Assembly: GCA_020052415.1 (NCBI GenBank)
Contig: JAGVPB010000011.1
Span: 128,035-192,034 of the forward strand
Source: Bacteroidales bacterium
Lineage (GTDB): Bacteria > Bacteroidota > Bacteroidia > Bacteroidales > JAADJA01
Reading direction: 5' to 3'
DNA: 64,000 bases
The notes beneath the pieces were generated by a model. That model searched no databases. It was not told the DNA's origin and was given only the letters and a program-made list of their open reading frames with translations. This document shows, in pieces, positions 34,984 to 44,159 of the stretch (the stretch's first letter is position 1; every line of letters starts with the position of its first letter). The position numbers were made by a program, and so were the translations under genes.

Positions 34984-36645
34984 TTATTTCACCTGTTTTA
35001 ACAGATGTCTTGCCGTTTCTACAGAAGCAGAAGAAACTTCTTCACCACTCATCATTTTTGCTATTTCCAGAATGCGCTCCTCGGACTCAATTTCCCTGAT
35101 CTTTGTTTCAGGCAGGTTTTTATCCGTTACCTTATATACGAAATAATGTGCATTGCCTTTACCGGCTATCTGAGGAAGATGCGTAATCGCAATTACCTGT
35201 ACCGACTCCGAAAGCAAGCTCAGCAGGTTTCCCACTTTATCAGCGATTCTGCCCGAAACACCAATATCTATTTCATCGAATATCAGACTTGGAAGCAAAC
35301 TTTTTTTCGATATGAGCGATTTAACTGCAAGCATCAGCCGTGACAATTCACCACCTGATGCTACTACTGCCAAATCCAGTAATTTTCCGCCCTTATTCGC
35401 ATTAAACAGGAATTTAACAGCATCAACACCATCCTTACCCGGAACCTCTACCAGACTGTGTTGTATTTTGAACCGGGCGTACGGAATCCCGAGCCCGTCA
35501 AGATATTCTTCGATCCTGCTCTCTATTTCGCTGAAAAATTTTTGGCGATTTACCGATATCCCGGCTGCAAGTTTAATTATCTCTGATTCTGCATTTTCAA
35601 CTTCGCCACTGAGTTTTTTTATTTCTTCACCGAGAGAGTCAATATTTTCAAGTTTGTGGCTATATTCTGTCTTCTTATTAAGCAATTCTTCAACTGAATT
35701 TACCCTGTGCTTGGTTTCAAGGTGATAGATCAGGTCGAGCCTTTCTATTGTTTCATTTACCCGTTCAGGTGAAAATATAATTGATTCTGATTTTTTTTCG
35801 AGATGGCTGAAAATATCGCTCAGTTCAATATGGCTGCTCCGGATCCTGTCAGAAATTTCAGAATAATCCTGGCTAAACCTGGCTACAGAATCAAGGTTCG
35901 ACCTTATTTCTGCCAATCTTAGCAAAATGCCTGATTCATCATTGCCCAGAAGCCGGGAGGATGAAAACAATTTTGCTTTTATTTCTTCGGCATGATTCAG
36001 GATTTCCAGTTCCTGTTCCAACAGTTCCTGTTCATCATTTTGCAATTTTGCCTCTTTAAGTTCACTGAAAAGAAAATTAAAGAAATCTTTTTCATTGCTG
36101 GACTTGTTTTCTTCTTCAATCAGGTTATTAAGGCGGACCTTGAGATTTTGATATTTCAGGAACCGGGTATTGTAATCCTTTACCATTTCTGTTAAGCCTC
36201 CATAACTGTCAATTACATTCAACTGGTATTCCGGATCATTCAGTGCAGTGGTTTGATGCTGGGAATGTATGTCAATCAGGTTTTCACCAACTGTTTTCAA
36301 TAAAGAAGAATTAACAGGGGTATCATTGATGAAGGCTCGTGATTTGCCAGTAACCTGAATCTCACGCCTCAGAATAAGCTGCTCATCATAGTCAAGCTGA
36401 TTTTTTTCGAAAAAATCCTTCAGGTGATCCTTCTCAATAGAAAAGATACCTTCCACAACACACTTTTTCGAATTATCGAATAACACCTGCGTATCTGCCC
36501 TTTTCCCCAACATCAGGTTTAAAGCGCCCAATAAAATTGATTTACCTGCTCCGGTTTCACCAGTGATCACAGTGAATCCCTTAACAAAATCAATTTCAAG
36601 CTGCCTGATCAGGGCATAGTTTTGAACAGAAAGATGTAGCAGCAT
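34984..36645 (-). CDS. recN: DNA repair protein RecN
   Basis: N-terminus MLLHLSVQNYALI...ITGETGAGKSIL (Walker A), long coiled-coil middle region, and C-terminal SGGELSRLMLA signature with FDEID Walker B. Confidence 0.95.
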   Translation of the reverse strand: MLLHLSVQNYALIRQLEIDFVKGFTVITGETGAGKSILLGALNLMLGKRADTQVLFDNSKKCVVEGIFSIEKDHLKDFFEKNQLDYDEQLILRREIQVTGKSRAFINDTPVNSSLLKTVGENLIDIHSQHQTTALNDPEYQLNVIDSYGGLTEMVKDYNTRFLKYQNLKVRLNNLIEEENKSSNEKDFFNFLFSELKEAKLQNDEQELLEQELEILNHAEEIKAKLFSSSRLLGNDESGILLRLAEIRSNLDSVARFSQDYSEISDRIRSSHIELSDIFSHLEKKSESIIFSPERVNETIERLDLIYHLETKHRVNSVEELLNKKTEYSHKLENIDSLGEEIKKLSGEVENAESEIIKLAAGISVNRQKFFSEIESRIEEYLDGLGIPYARFKIQHSLVEVPGKDGVDAVKFLFNANKGGKLLDLAVVASGGELSRLMLAVKSLISKKSLLPSLIFDEIDIGVSGRIADKVGNLLSLLSESVQVIAITHLPQIAGKGNAHYFVYKVTDKNLPETKIREIESEERILEIAKMMSGEEVSSASVETARHLLKQVK

Positions 36646-36689
36646 ACGAATGTGTTAACAAAAACTAATTTGCAAAAATAGTAAAGAAG

Positions 36690-37601
36690 TTAACTTTTTT
36701 GATTAATCTTTAAATAAGTCGAAGTATTTGAAGGATCAATTTCTTTTAAAATTTCGATTACATCTGTTTTTTCTGTGGGATTACCTTCTTTAAAGATGTT
36801 AACAAATTCATCCCGCTTTGCATCCATGATCAACTGTAAAATAAACAGCCCCGGATTTTCATTGGCAATCTTTTGCAGCAATTTCAAGCTCTCCATGATC
36901 TCCGTTCTCCCCTGCGGAGTTTTTTCTGCCAGCACATCCATTCCTTTGATATGGTAACGGTAGAGAAAATTTCTAATTCCCGAATGAGCATTATCCAAAT
37001 AGTTTTCTACAAGCCAATACCTGTTCCTGGGATCATCGAATGAACTCCAACCGGTAAAGCCAGAACTTTCGGCTGAAGTCACAACTTGCTGCGCTTTCTC
37101 ATAAAATATTGTGCCGCCATGCTCAGAAAATGAATCGAAATCAAGCCCTAGAATAAAGTAAAGATAATAAGCAATAACCGATGTCAAATTCGAGTCAAAC
37201 TGGTTTTCCTGGAAATCAAGTGATTGAAATTCGACATATTCGAAGTCGAAATCCTTGTCAATATAATTTAATAAGGTTGAATTGTAGGTAGTTCCATACA
37301 CAGGTCGGCTCGCTACAATATTTATATTGGCTTTGAACAAATCAACCGAAGGCCTTTCTTTAATTGTGATGACCATGGTACACTCAATGCGCTCATTGGC
37401 TTTGAAGCTAAAGTTTGTCCAGCGCCTGTCGTTCACAAACTCATTAAGTGAGGTATTTAACGATTCGTAAACCCGTTTGTCGGTTCCCTGAATCTGCTGG
37501 GAATTAACCTGGACAGTGCACAGAAATTCCTGAGCAATGATGTTGGTTGACATACCAATAGTCATCAGGAAAAAAAAGAAGATTCGGACAGGCTGGTTCA
37601 T
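36690..37601 (-). CDS. DUF4835-family protein (labelled T9SS PorD in some annotations)
   Basis: 303 aa with a signal peptide. It occupies the conserved position between coaBC and recN seen in Bacteroidota. The family assignment is from memory of that synteny and the protein length. Confidence 0.5.
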   Translation of the reverse strand: MNQPVRIFFFFLMTIGMSTNIIAQEFLCTVQVNSQQIQGTDKRVYESLNTSLNEFVNDRRWTNFSFKANERIECTMVITIKERPSVDLFKANINIVASRPVYGTTYNSTLLNYIDKDFDFEYVEFQSLDFQENQFDSNLTSVIAYYLYFILGLDFDSFSEHGGTIFYEKAQQVVTSAESSGFTGWSSFDDPRNRYWLVENYLDNAHSGIRNFLYRYHIKGMDVLAEKTPQGRTEIMESLKLLQKIANENPGLFILQLIMDAKRDEFVNIFKEGNPTEKTDVIEILKEIDPSNTSTYLKINQKS

Positions 37602-37613
37602 AATTATCTATTT

Positions 37614-38816
37614 TCACATTAACTGTAAAGCACTAACTTTGTCGGCAATATCTTTGGCTACCTCGGTTTTCAATTTTAAATCCAATTCTTTGATAACTTG
37701 ATGCTTATCAATGAGAGTTACTTTATTTGTCGCATAGCCAAAACCCGCTCCTGCATCCTTTAACGAATTCAATACGATCAGATCAAGGTTTTTATTGTCC
37801 AGTTTTTGTTTTGCATTTTCAACTTCATTATTTGTCTCCAGTGCAAAGCCAATCAAAACCTGACCTTTATTTTTTATTTTTCCGAGTTCTTTTAAAATGT
37901 CAGGGGTCTTTTTCATCTTAATGGAGAACTCATCCTCAGGTTTTTTTATTTTTTGACTTTGAACATCAACCGGGGTAAAATCAGCAACTGCCGCAGCCAT
38001 AACAGCAACCTGCACCTGCGGAAATATTTCAACACATGCATTAAACATTTCCAAAGCGGAAACAACTTTTATAACAGTAATATTTTTATGTGTCGCAGCG
38101 ATTGCAACCGGCCCCGATATAAGCTTTACTTCAGCTCCTCTAGCGGCAAATTCCTCCGCGAGAGCAAAGCCCATTCTTCCTGATGAATGATTACCAATAA
38201 ATCTGACGGGGTCAATGGATTCATAAGTAGGACCGGCGGAAATCAGAACGGTTTGTCCTTCAAAGCCCTTTTTTTTTTTGAAAAAATCTATAAGAATTTC
38301 AATGATTTTTTCCGGCTCCTGCATACGCCCGGCACCGTAAAGGCCGCTTGCAAGTTCACCTTCATCGGGTTCGATAAGGGTGTTGCCGAAATCTCTCAGC
38401 TTTTGGATATTTGCCTGTGTTGAAGGATGATTGAACATATCGACATCCATAGCAGGAGCAAAAAAAACCGGGCATTTTGCAGCAAGATATGTTGCTGTAA
38501 GCAGATTATCAGCCATCCCGTTAGCCAGCTTACCCATCGTATTGGCCGAAGCCGGTGCAATAAGATAAACATCGGCCCAGTTTCCCAATTCAACATGGCT
38601 GTGCCATGATCCATCTGCCTTTTCAAAAAAATCAGAAAGCGCCGGAAAACCGCTTAAGGTAGATAAAGTCAGCGGAGTTACAAAATCTTTTGCCGCGTTG
38701 GTAAGTAAAATTTTTACTTCAGCACCCTGCTTAATAAGCAACCTTACAAGGAAAGGGATTTTATATGCTGCAATACTGCCTGTAATCCCGATAAGTACCT
38801 TTTTGCCTTTTAACAT
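37614..38816 (-). CDS. coaBC: bifunctional phosphopantothenoylcysteine decarboxylase / phosphopantothenate--cysteine ligase
   Basis: N-terminal flavoprotein motif KVLIGITGSIAAYK, PASANTMGKLANG, and C-terminal ligase motifs (ISAGPTYESIDPVRFIGNHSSGRMG). Confidence 0.95.
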   Translation of the reverse strand: MLKGKKVLIGITGSIAAYKIPFLVRLLIKQGAEVKILLTNAAKDFVTPLTLSTLSGFPALSDFFEKADGSWHSHVELGNWADVYLIAPASANTMGKLANGMADNLLTATYLAAKCPVFFAPAMDVDMFNHPSTQANIQKLRDFGNTLIEPDEGELASGLYGAGRMQEPEKIIEILIDFFKKKKGFEGQTVLISAGPTYESIDPVRFIGNHSSGRMGFALAEEFAARGAEVKLISGPVAIAATHKNITVIKVVSALEMFNACVEIFPQVQVAVMAAAVADFTPVDVQSQKIKKPEDEFSIKMKKTPDILKELGKIKNKGQVLIGFALETNNEVENAKQKLDNKNLDLIVLNSLKDAGAGFGYATNKVTLIDKHQVIKELDLKLKTEVAKDIADKVSALQLM

Positions 38817-38822
38817 AAAAGA

Positions 38823-39158
38823 TTAAAACTCATTGTCAATTTTTTTCTGCGGGTTACGATAATAAACCTTACCCTTCGAAAATTCATGAACTGCAATGAG
38901 GGTGGGCTTTGGAAGCTTTTCGTAAAATTTGGCAACCTCAATCTGCTCCCTGTTCTCAAAAATTTCTTCGAGGTTATCCTGCGTAGTCGCAAATTCCTGA
39001 ATTTTCTGGTTGAGTTCCTCTTTCATTTCAAGAGCTATTTGGTTCGCACGTTTCGAGAGGATTGCAACCGTTTCATAAATATTGCCTGTTGGCTTGTCAA
39101 AGTCCCTTATTTTTCGCGTAACTGCTGTTAATTCAGCTTTTGTTTTTTTATAATCCAT
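38823..39158 (-). CDS. rpoZ: DNA-directed RNA polymerase subunit omega (Bacteroidota type)
   Basis: 111 aa. NIYETVAILSKRANQI resembles the RpoZ core helix. It occupies the conserved position between bamD and coaBC. Confidence 0.6.
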   Translation of the reverse strand: MDYKKTKAELTAVTRKIRDFDKPTGNIYETVAILSKRANQIALEMKEELNQKIQEFATTQDNLEEIFENREQIEVAKFYEKLPKPTLIAVHEFSKGKVYYRNPQKKIDNEF

Positions 39159-39170
39159 TGATATTATTAT

Positions 39171-39971
39171 TTACAAGTTTTCCAAATCTTTTTTAGCCCT
39201 TTCGACCATATATTGTACATCCCGTTTGTATTTAGTTTCAGGATATTGCGAAACCAATTGCTGGTATATATCAATTGATTTCTGATATCTCTCCTGCCGT
39301 TTCGATTTCACACTTTTCGAAGCATAGAAATAGTACGCCTTGATCGAATAAAATAATGCATCTTCCTTATACTTCGTATCGGGATATTGAGTCAGTAAGT
39401 TTTTAAATGCAGAGACTGAAGCATTGTATTTGGCCATTTTCAGGTATAGCTTGGCTATTTCCAAATCCTTGCGCTGTAGCTTATCCCTTAGTTCATCAAT
39501 CAGATTATTGCATTGTTCAAGTCGTTCACTGCTGGGATAAGCATTTAAAAAGAGCTGTAATTCCTTTATTGCATCATAAGTATTTGTTTGATCAAGCTTA
39601 TATACCGGCGATTCAAGGTATTTGCAGTATGCCGACATAAAGGAACATTCTTCGGCTTTTGCATTGCGCGGATAAGTTTGTGCAAACCTGTTGAAATGAT
39701 AGCTTGCCATTATATTTTCTTTCTGATAATAATAGGCATAAGCATATTTATATGCAATGTCTTCAGCTTCAGCCTTGCCCCTGTAAAAAGGCATAACCTG
39801 GTCAAAAATGGTCATGGCCCGGTAATAATCTTCATTTTCATAATATTCCATTGCCTTTTCATATTTATATTGATAATCCTGACTTTTCTGAATCTTTGAA
39901 TACTTGCTGCAGGAAAATAAAATAATTGAAAATGAGAATATTACTATATAAAAAAGGGCTTTTTTAAACAT
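39171..39971 (-). CDS. bamD: outer membrane protein assembly factor BamD (TPR lipoprotein)
   Basis: Starting at the ATG at 39971 gives MFKKALFYIVIFSFSIILFSCSKY with an LFSC lipobox. TPR-like repeats run throughout. A -7 box at 39977-39984 lies inside the longer track ORF. Confidence 0.75.
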   Translation of the reverse strand: MFKKALFYIVIFSFSIILFSCSKYSKIQKSQDYQYKYEKAMEYYENEDYYRAMTIFDQVMPFYRGKAEAEDIAYKYAYAYYYQKENIMASYHFNRFAQTYPRNAKAEECSFMSAYCKYLESPVYKLDQTNTYDAIKELQLFLNAYPSSERLEQCNNLIDELRDKLQRKDLEIAKLYLKMAKYNASVSAFKNLLTQYPDTKYKEDALFYSIKAYYFYASKSVKSKRQERYQKSIDIYQQLVSQYPETKYKRDVQYMVERAKKDLENL

Positions 39972-39976
39972 GGGCG

Positions 39977-39984
39977 CAAAAGTA
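39977..39984 (-). promoter_or_regulatory. -7 promoter box (TACTTTTG), near-leaderless arrangement
   Basis: Matches TAnnTTTG on the minus strand, with only 5 nt before the ATG at 39971. Confidence 0.35.
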
Positions 39985-40078
39985 ATATAATTTAATGGAA
40001 TTTTAAAACGTAAATTTCGGTTAATTATTTTTTTCAAAAGAAATTGAAAACTTAATTTGATAAGAATTGAATAAAATA

Positions 40079-40086
40079 TAGTTTTG
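40079..40086 (+). promoter_or_regulatory. -7 promoter box (TAGTTTTG)
   Basis: Matches TAnnTTTG, with 49 nt before the ATG at 40136. Confidence 0.35.
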
Positions 40087-40135
40087 CGACTTTTAATTGG
40101 TTAACAGCAATTTATAATATAATTTTTATAAAAGT

Positions 40136-41386
40136 ATGGATATCTTTAGTAAAATTGAGAGTTATTTTGGCCCCCTGGGTAAATACATGGAACAGGCACA
40201 TGGTTATTATATGTTTCCAAAACTTGAAGGTGAGATTTCGAACCGGATGATATTTATGGGAAAAGAGAGGTTGGTATGGAGCCTGAACAATTATCTTGGT
40301 CTGGCAAACCATCCTGTGATCCGTAAGACAGATGCCGAAGCTGCCCAGAAATGGGGTATGGCTTATCCTATGGGAGCAAGAATGATGTCGGGTCAAACAA
40401 AATACCACGAGGAACTTGAGCATAAACTGGCTGCTTTTGTAAAAAAAGAATCAGCCTACCTGTTGAATTATGGATATCAGGGTATGGTTTCAATCATTGA
40501 TTCATTGGTCGACAGAAGAGATGTTATTGTTTACGATTCTGAAGCTCATGCCTGCATCCTCGATGGAATGAGATTACACATCGGGAAGCGGTTTGTTTAT
40601 CCGCATAACAATATGGAAAACCTTGAGAAAGGGCTTGAAAGAGCTACAAAACTTGTTCAGGTTTCCGGTGGAGGAATACTGGTAATTACCGAAGGAGTTT
40701 ATGGCATGGCAGGCGACCTTGGAAAATTAAAACAGATCACTGATTTCAAAAAGAAATATAATTTCAGGTTGTTGGTTGATGATGCTCATGGTTTTGGGAC
40801 GATGGGTGAAACCGGTGCCGGAACTGCTGAATTCCTGGGTGTTCAGGATAAGGTGGATTTGTATTTCGGCACTTTTGCAAAAGCAATGGCCGGATTTGGT
40901 GGATTCATTGCCGGTGATAAAAAAGTAATTGATTTTCTGATGTACAATATGAGATCGCAGATTTATGCGAAATCATTACCAATGCCCATGGTTATAGGAG
41001 CATTGAAACGTCTTGAAATGTTACAGAATGAACCGGAACACAAGCAAAAACTCTGGACAATTGTAAATGCATTGCAATCCGGATTGAAGGCAAAAGAATT
41101 CAATCTTGGTGAAACCGAATCACCCGTGACTCCGGTATTTTTCAAAGGAGGAATTCCGGAAGCCACTCAGGCAACAAAAGAGCTGCGGGAAAATTATAAT
41201 GTTTTCTGCTCTATTGTGACTTATCCGGTAGTTCCCAAGGATGTTATCATGTTACGGCTTATACCAACCGCCGTTCATACTCTCGAAGATGTGGATTATA
41301 CAATCAAAGCCTTTTCGGCCATCAAGGAAAATCTCGATGCAGGTAAGTATTCCGATGGGAAAATTGCCGGGATGGTCGTAAATTAA
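40136..41386 (+). CDS. alpha-oxoamine synthase family PLP-dependent acyltransferase (KBL / serine-palmitoyltransferase-like)
   Basis: 416 aa. SLNNYLGLANHP, DDAHGFG and the PLP-lysine context GTFAKAMAGFGGF are typical of this family. Confidence 0.75.
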   Translation: MDIFSKIESYFGPLGKYMEQAHGYYMFPKLEGEISNRMIFMGKERLVWSLNNYLGLANHPVIRKTDAEAAQKWGMAYPMGARMMSGQTKYHEELEHKLAAFVKKESAYLLNYGYQGMVSIIDSLVDRRDVIVYDSEAHACILDGMRLHIGKRFVYPHNNMENLEKGLERATKLVQVSGGGILVITEGVYGMAGDLGKLKQITDFKKKYNFRLLVDDAHGFGTMGETGAGTAEFLGVQDKVDLYFGTFAKAMAGFGGFIAGDKKVIDFLMYNMRSQIYAKSLPMPMVIGALKRLEMLQNEPEHKQKLWTIVNALQSGLKAKEFNLGETESPVTPVFFKGGIPEATQATKELRENYNVFCSIVTYPVVPKDVIMLRLIPTAVHTLEDVDYTIKAFSAIKENLDAGKYSDGKIAGMVVN

Positions 41387-41495
41387 AAATACAGACCTGT
41401 CATTTCAGCTTTCTATTGAAGAAATTTTAATATCTGTATATATGGATGTTTTTATGTTCCCTAATATATTACATTTGCTTTATTACAGTTGAAAG

Positions 41496-43184
41496 GTGAA
41501 AGAAGCAACAAGAAAATTAATTTTAGGTAAAAAATTCTATTCTGTTTACAGAAGAATTCGGTTTTTACGCTATAAGAAAAACCTTATCAAACAGGAAAAG
41601 AACCACAAGAAACCGGAATCAAAAAGTGAAGAGAATGGAAAGGTGCAGCCTGAGAAAAAAACGAGGCCATCTTTCTTTTACAGGATTTACCGCATGTACA
41701 GGATAACCAGGTTTTTGAGATACAGAAGAAAAACCATCCGCAATCAAAGAATTACAAAGAAAAAGATCGAAAGACAATTTGCCCGTGATCAGAAAAGGGA
41801 TATCAGAAAACAATTAAGAAATTTAAAACGGAAGGAAAGAAGTATATACTCAGCTCAATATTTTCGTCCTGCCTCTAAAAAAAGTGAGAAAATTTCACTG
41901 AAAAGAAGGATTTATAGAGTTAACAGGATTATCAGGTTTCTGCGACACAGAAAAAAAACACGACGGATTGAAAAACTTGCAAGAATAAAGTGGCAAAGGC
42001 TTGCGACTCAAATGGAAAGGCGTGAGATTCAGGAAAGGTTAAAGGAAAAGAGATTGACTGATAGAAAACTGGAAAGACACAAAACGAAGGAAGAGAAATT
42101 AACAACCCGGAATGAAAGCAAAGAAATTCGGGAACGATTAAAAGAAAAGAGGCTGACAGACAGACGGCTGGAAAGAAATCGTGCCAGGCAGGAAAAACTT
42201 GAAAGAAAGGTGAACATCCATAACCGAAAACGATTGATCAGGCAATTGTTTAAATCACGACTCAGGTCAATAATATACGAGCTAAAATCATTTGATATAT
42301 TTTCTCTTAAAAGGTGGAGATCCGGAATTCTTGCTTTTGCTGAAAACAGGGATAAAAGAAACAGTTTTTTTATCATCACCTTTAATTCCACAGTGTTGTT
42401 CATTTTATCCTATCTGGTCATTTACATCATCAGTCAGGCTTTGACTATCATTACAGCCCTTAGTTTTGATTATAAGACAATACTGTTTTATTATAAGATC
42501 TATTATAACATTGACAGCTACCAGTGGACAGCCGATTCGGTAAAGATCATTTACTCTATGAAGCCGGCCGTTGGAATCGTACTTGGAATTATTTTCATCA
42601 TCCTGTACAGTGTAAGAAGAGATACCCCGGGAAATACGAAGATATTTTACCTCTGGGGTTTTATTCACGGTATGGTCATGTTTTTTGGCTCATTGCTTAT
42701 GGGTACTATGCTCAACAAAGACTTTGGATGGGTAATAGCCTATATGTATTACCGGGATACGGGCAAAATGATCTTTTCCATTATTTCGATCTTCAGCCTG
42801 GTAATAATTGGCAGTTTTGTAGCCAAATCCTTTTTGGTATCGGGAAACTCATATTTTAACTTCATTAATCGCCAGGAGAATAAATTTTTACTTGCCAGTC
42901 AGGTAATATGGCCTGCAATAATCGGAACCTTTTTGCTTATTATCGTTAGTTCCCCGAATGAATCCTATTTTATGCCCGATGATGAGTTCGTTTATAAGAT
43001 TCTCAAGTTCCTTTCCATTTTTGTTCTGTTAATTCCAACCATGGTAACGTTCAGAACCTATAATGAAATATATTTTGATGAAGCACCGCGAAAAATCAGG
43101 TTGAGCTGGAAATTATTGCTTCTGACTCTCATCATCCTTCTTTCTTTCCGCTTCGGTTTGCAATCAGGAATACAGTTCGGTTGA
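41496..43184 (+). CDS. hypothetical membrane protein with ~285-aa Arg/Lys-repeat N-terminus and 7-8 TM helices
   Basis: GTG start per the track; the first in-frame ATG is about codon 66. Three copies of the Y-R-x-x-R-I-x-RFLR-[YH]-[RK]-[RK] motif and two copies of ERLKEKRLTDR-x-LER. The C-terminal half is hydrophobic. Confidence 0.6.
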   Translation: MKEATRKLILGKKFYSVYRRIRFLRYKKNLIKQEKNHKKPESKSEENGKVQPEKKTRPSFFYRIYRMYRITRFLRYRRKTIRNQRITKKKIERQFARDQKRDIRKQLRNLKRKERSIYSAQYFRPASKKSEKISLKRRIYRVNRIIRFLRHRKKTRRIEKLARIKWQRLATQMERREIQERLKEKRLTDRKLERHKTKEEKLTTRNESKEIRERLKEKRLTDRRLERNRARQEKLERKVNIHNRKRLIRQLFKSRLRSIIYELKSFDIFSLKRWRSGILAFAENRDKRNSFFIITFNSTVLFILSYLVIYIISQALTIITALSFDYKTILFYYKIYYNIDSYQWTADSVKIIYSMKPAVGIVLGIIFIILYSVRRDTPGNTKIFYLWGFIHGMVMFFGSLLMGTMLNKDFGWVIAYMYYRDTGKMIFSIISIFSLVIIGSFVAKSFLVSGNSYFNFINRQENKFLLASQVIWPAIIGTFLLIIVSSPNESYFMPDDEFVYKILKFLSIFVLLIPTMVTFRTYNEIYFDEAPRKIRLSWKLLLLTLIILLSFRFGLQSGIQFG

Positions 43185-43359
43185 ATCGGTTGAATCGGTT
43201 AATTGGGTTAATTGGAATAATTAGTGCCGACTTGTTGTTGGTTACTGGTTACTTATTACTGGTTTCGAGTTACTGGCTGCCAACTGCTCTCGCCATTGGC
43301 GAGACCGACTGGATTTTGGTTACTGGTTCAGAGTTCTCAGCTCTCAGTTCTTTTGTCAA
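43176..43359. repeat. mosaic periodic-repeat locus E (9-bp array, 7-bp arrays, hairpin)
   Basis: TTGAATCGG x2 then TTAATTGGG and TTAATTGGA start at the stop codon of the upstream gene. GTGCCGAC lies at 43224-43231. Heptamers GTTACTG GTTACTT ATTACTG GTTTCGA GTTACTG run from 43241. After the hairpin come GGTTACT GGTTCAG AGTTCTC AGCTCTC AGTTCTT. Confidence 0.9.
43288..43304. other. conserved hairpin TCTCGCC-ATT-GGCGAGA
   Basis: Same 7-bp stem as at 34055-34071, embedded in the heptamer array between convergent genes. Confidence 0.8.
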
Positions 43360-43418
43360 CTGCGAATGTGTTTGCCGGGAGCCTTATCTGCAATGCATGA
43401 AGACTGTCGGGTAATCGG

Positions 43419-43787
43419 CTAATGATCCTTTGCATAGTCGGCCATACCCTGAAAATCTACCACAACTACGGGCTCATTTCCTACAACCCAGGCATCATGA
43501 CCTGAAGGGAGGAGAGAAACATCGCCCTCGCGGCATTCAAGCTCCGTTCCGTCGTCCATTACTACCTTCATTACGCCCGAAACATGGTATTGAAAATGGG
43601 GCGCTTCGCAACTCTTTGTCTTTGCAATAGGTTTGACTGAGGTTGACCATCTCCATCCAGGCTCTAATACTGCCCGTCCGACAGTTGCTCCACCGATCAT
43701 CGTTAGTTCTATGTAGCCTTTGGGGAATTTCCGAATTTCATCCGGTTGCCCGAAACTCTTTTTTTCTGCTTTTTTCATTGTGAACAT
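43419..43787 (-). CDS. cupin-domain protein
   Basis: 122 aa. The beta-barrel pattern with H-x-H-like FQYHVSG and a G-D...P...H region resembles small cupins. Confidence 0.6.
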   Translation of the reverse strand: MFTMKKAEKKSFGQPDEIRKFPKGYIELTMIGGATVGRAVLEPGWRWSTSVKPIAKTKSCEAPHFQYHVSGVMKVVMDDGTELECREGDVSLLPSGHDAWVVGNEPVVVVDFQGMADYAKDH

Positions 43788-44159
43788 CTTTTTATATGAA
43801 CCAATAATTATTTAATATATTCAGACTGTAAATTAGCAGTCTGTCACCTCATTAGTTAATTATTTAACAAACTAATTATTAAATAGTTTTAGAATAATTT
43901 TAACAGGAATGAGCAAGGTATATGTTCCATTTTTAAATTCCTGTCAAAACTCCTGTACGTTGCAATGGTTCAAAAAAAAGTTATTGGAGAAAGCATCATC
44001 AGTACCTTATTAGTTTTAACAAAACTTTAACTCAACTGTACTAATACAGTTACAGGGCGACTAACCGGCGTCAGCCATGCCTGCGGATGATTTGTCAGGC
44101 ATCTGAATGATAAATCTTTAGTCCGGTTTTCTGACCTTTTTTCGGTTTTCTTCATTAAA

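Noticed and set aside
44077-44102. Hairpin ATGCCTG-N12-CAGGCAT downstream of the esterase gene as a terminator
   Set aside because: No T-run follows it on the relevant strand and the loop is long, so it is left as an unclassified hairpin.
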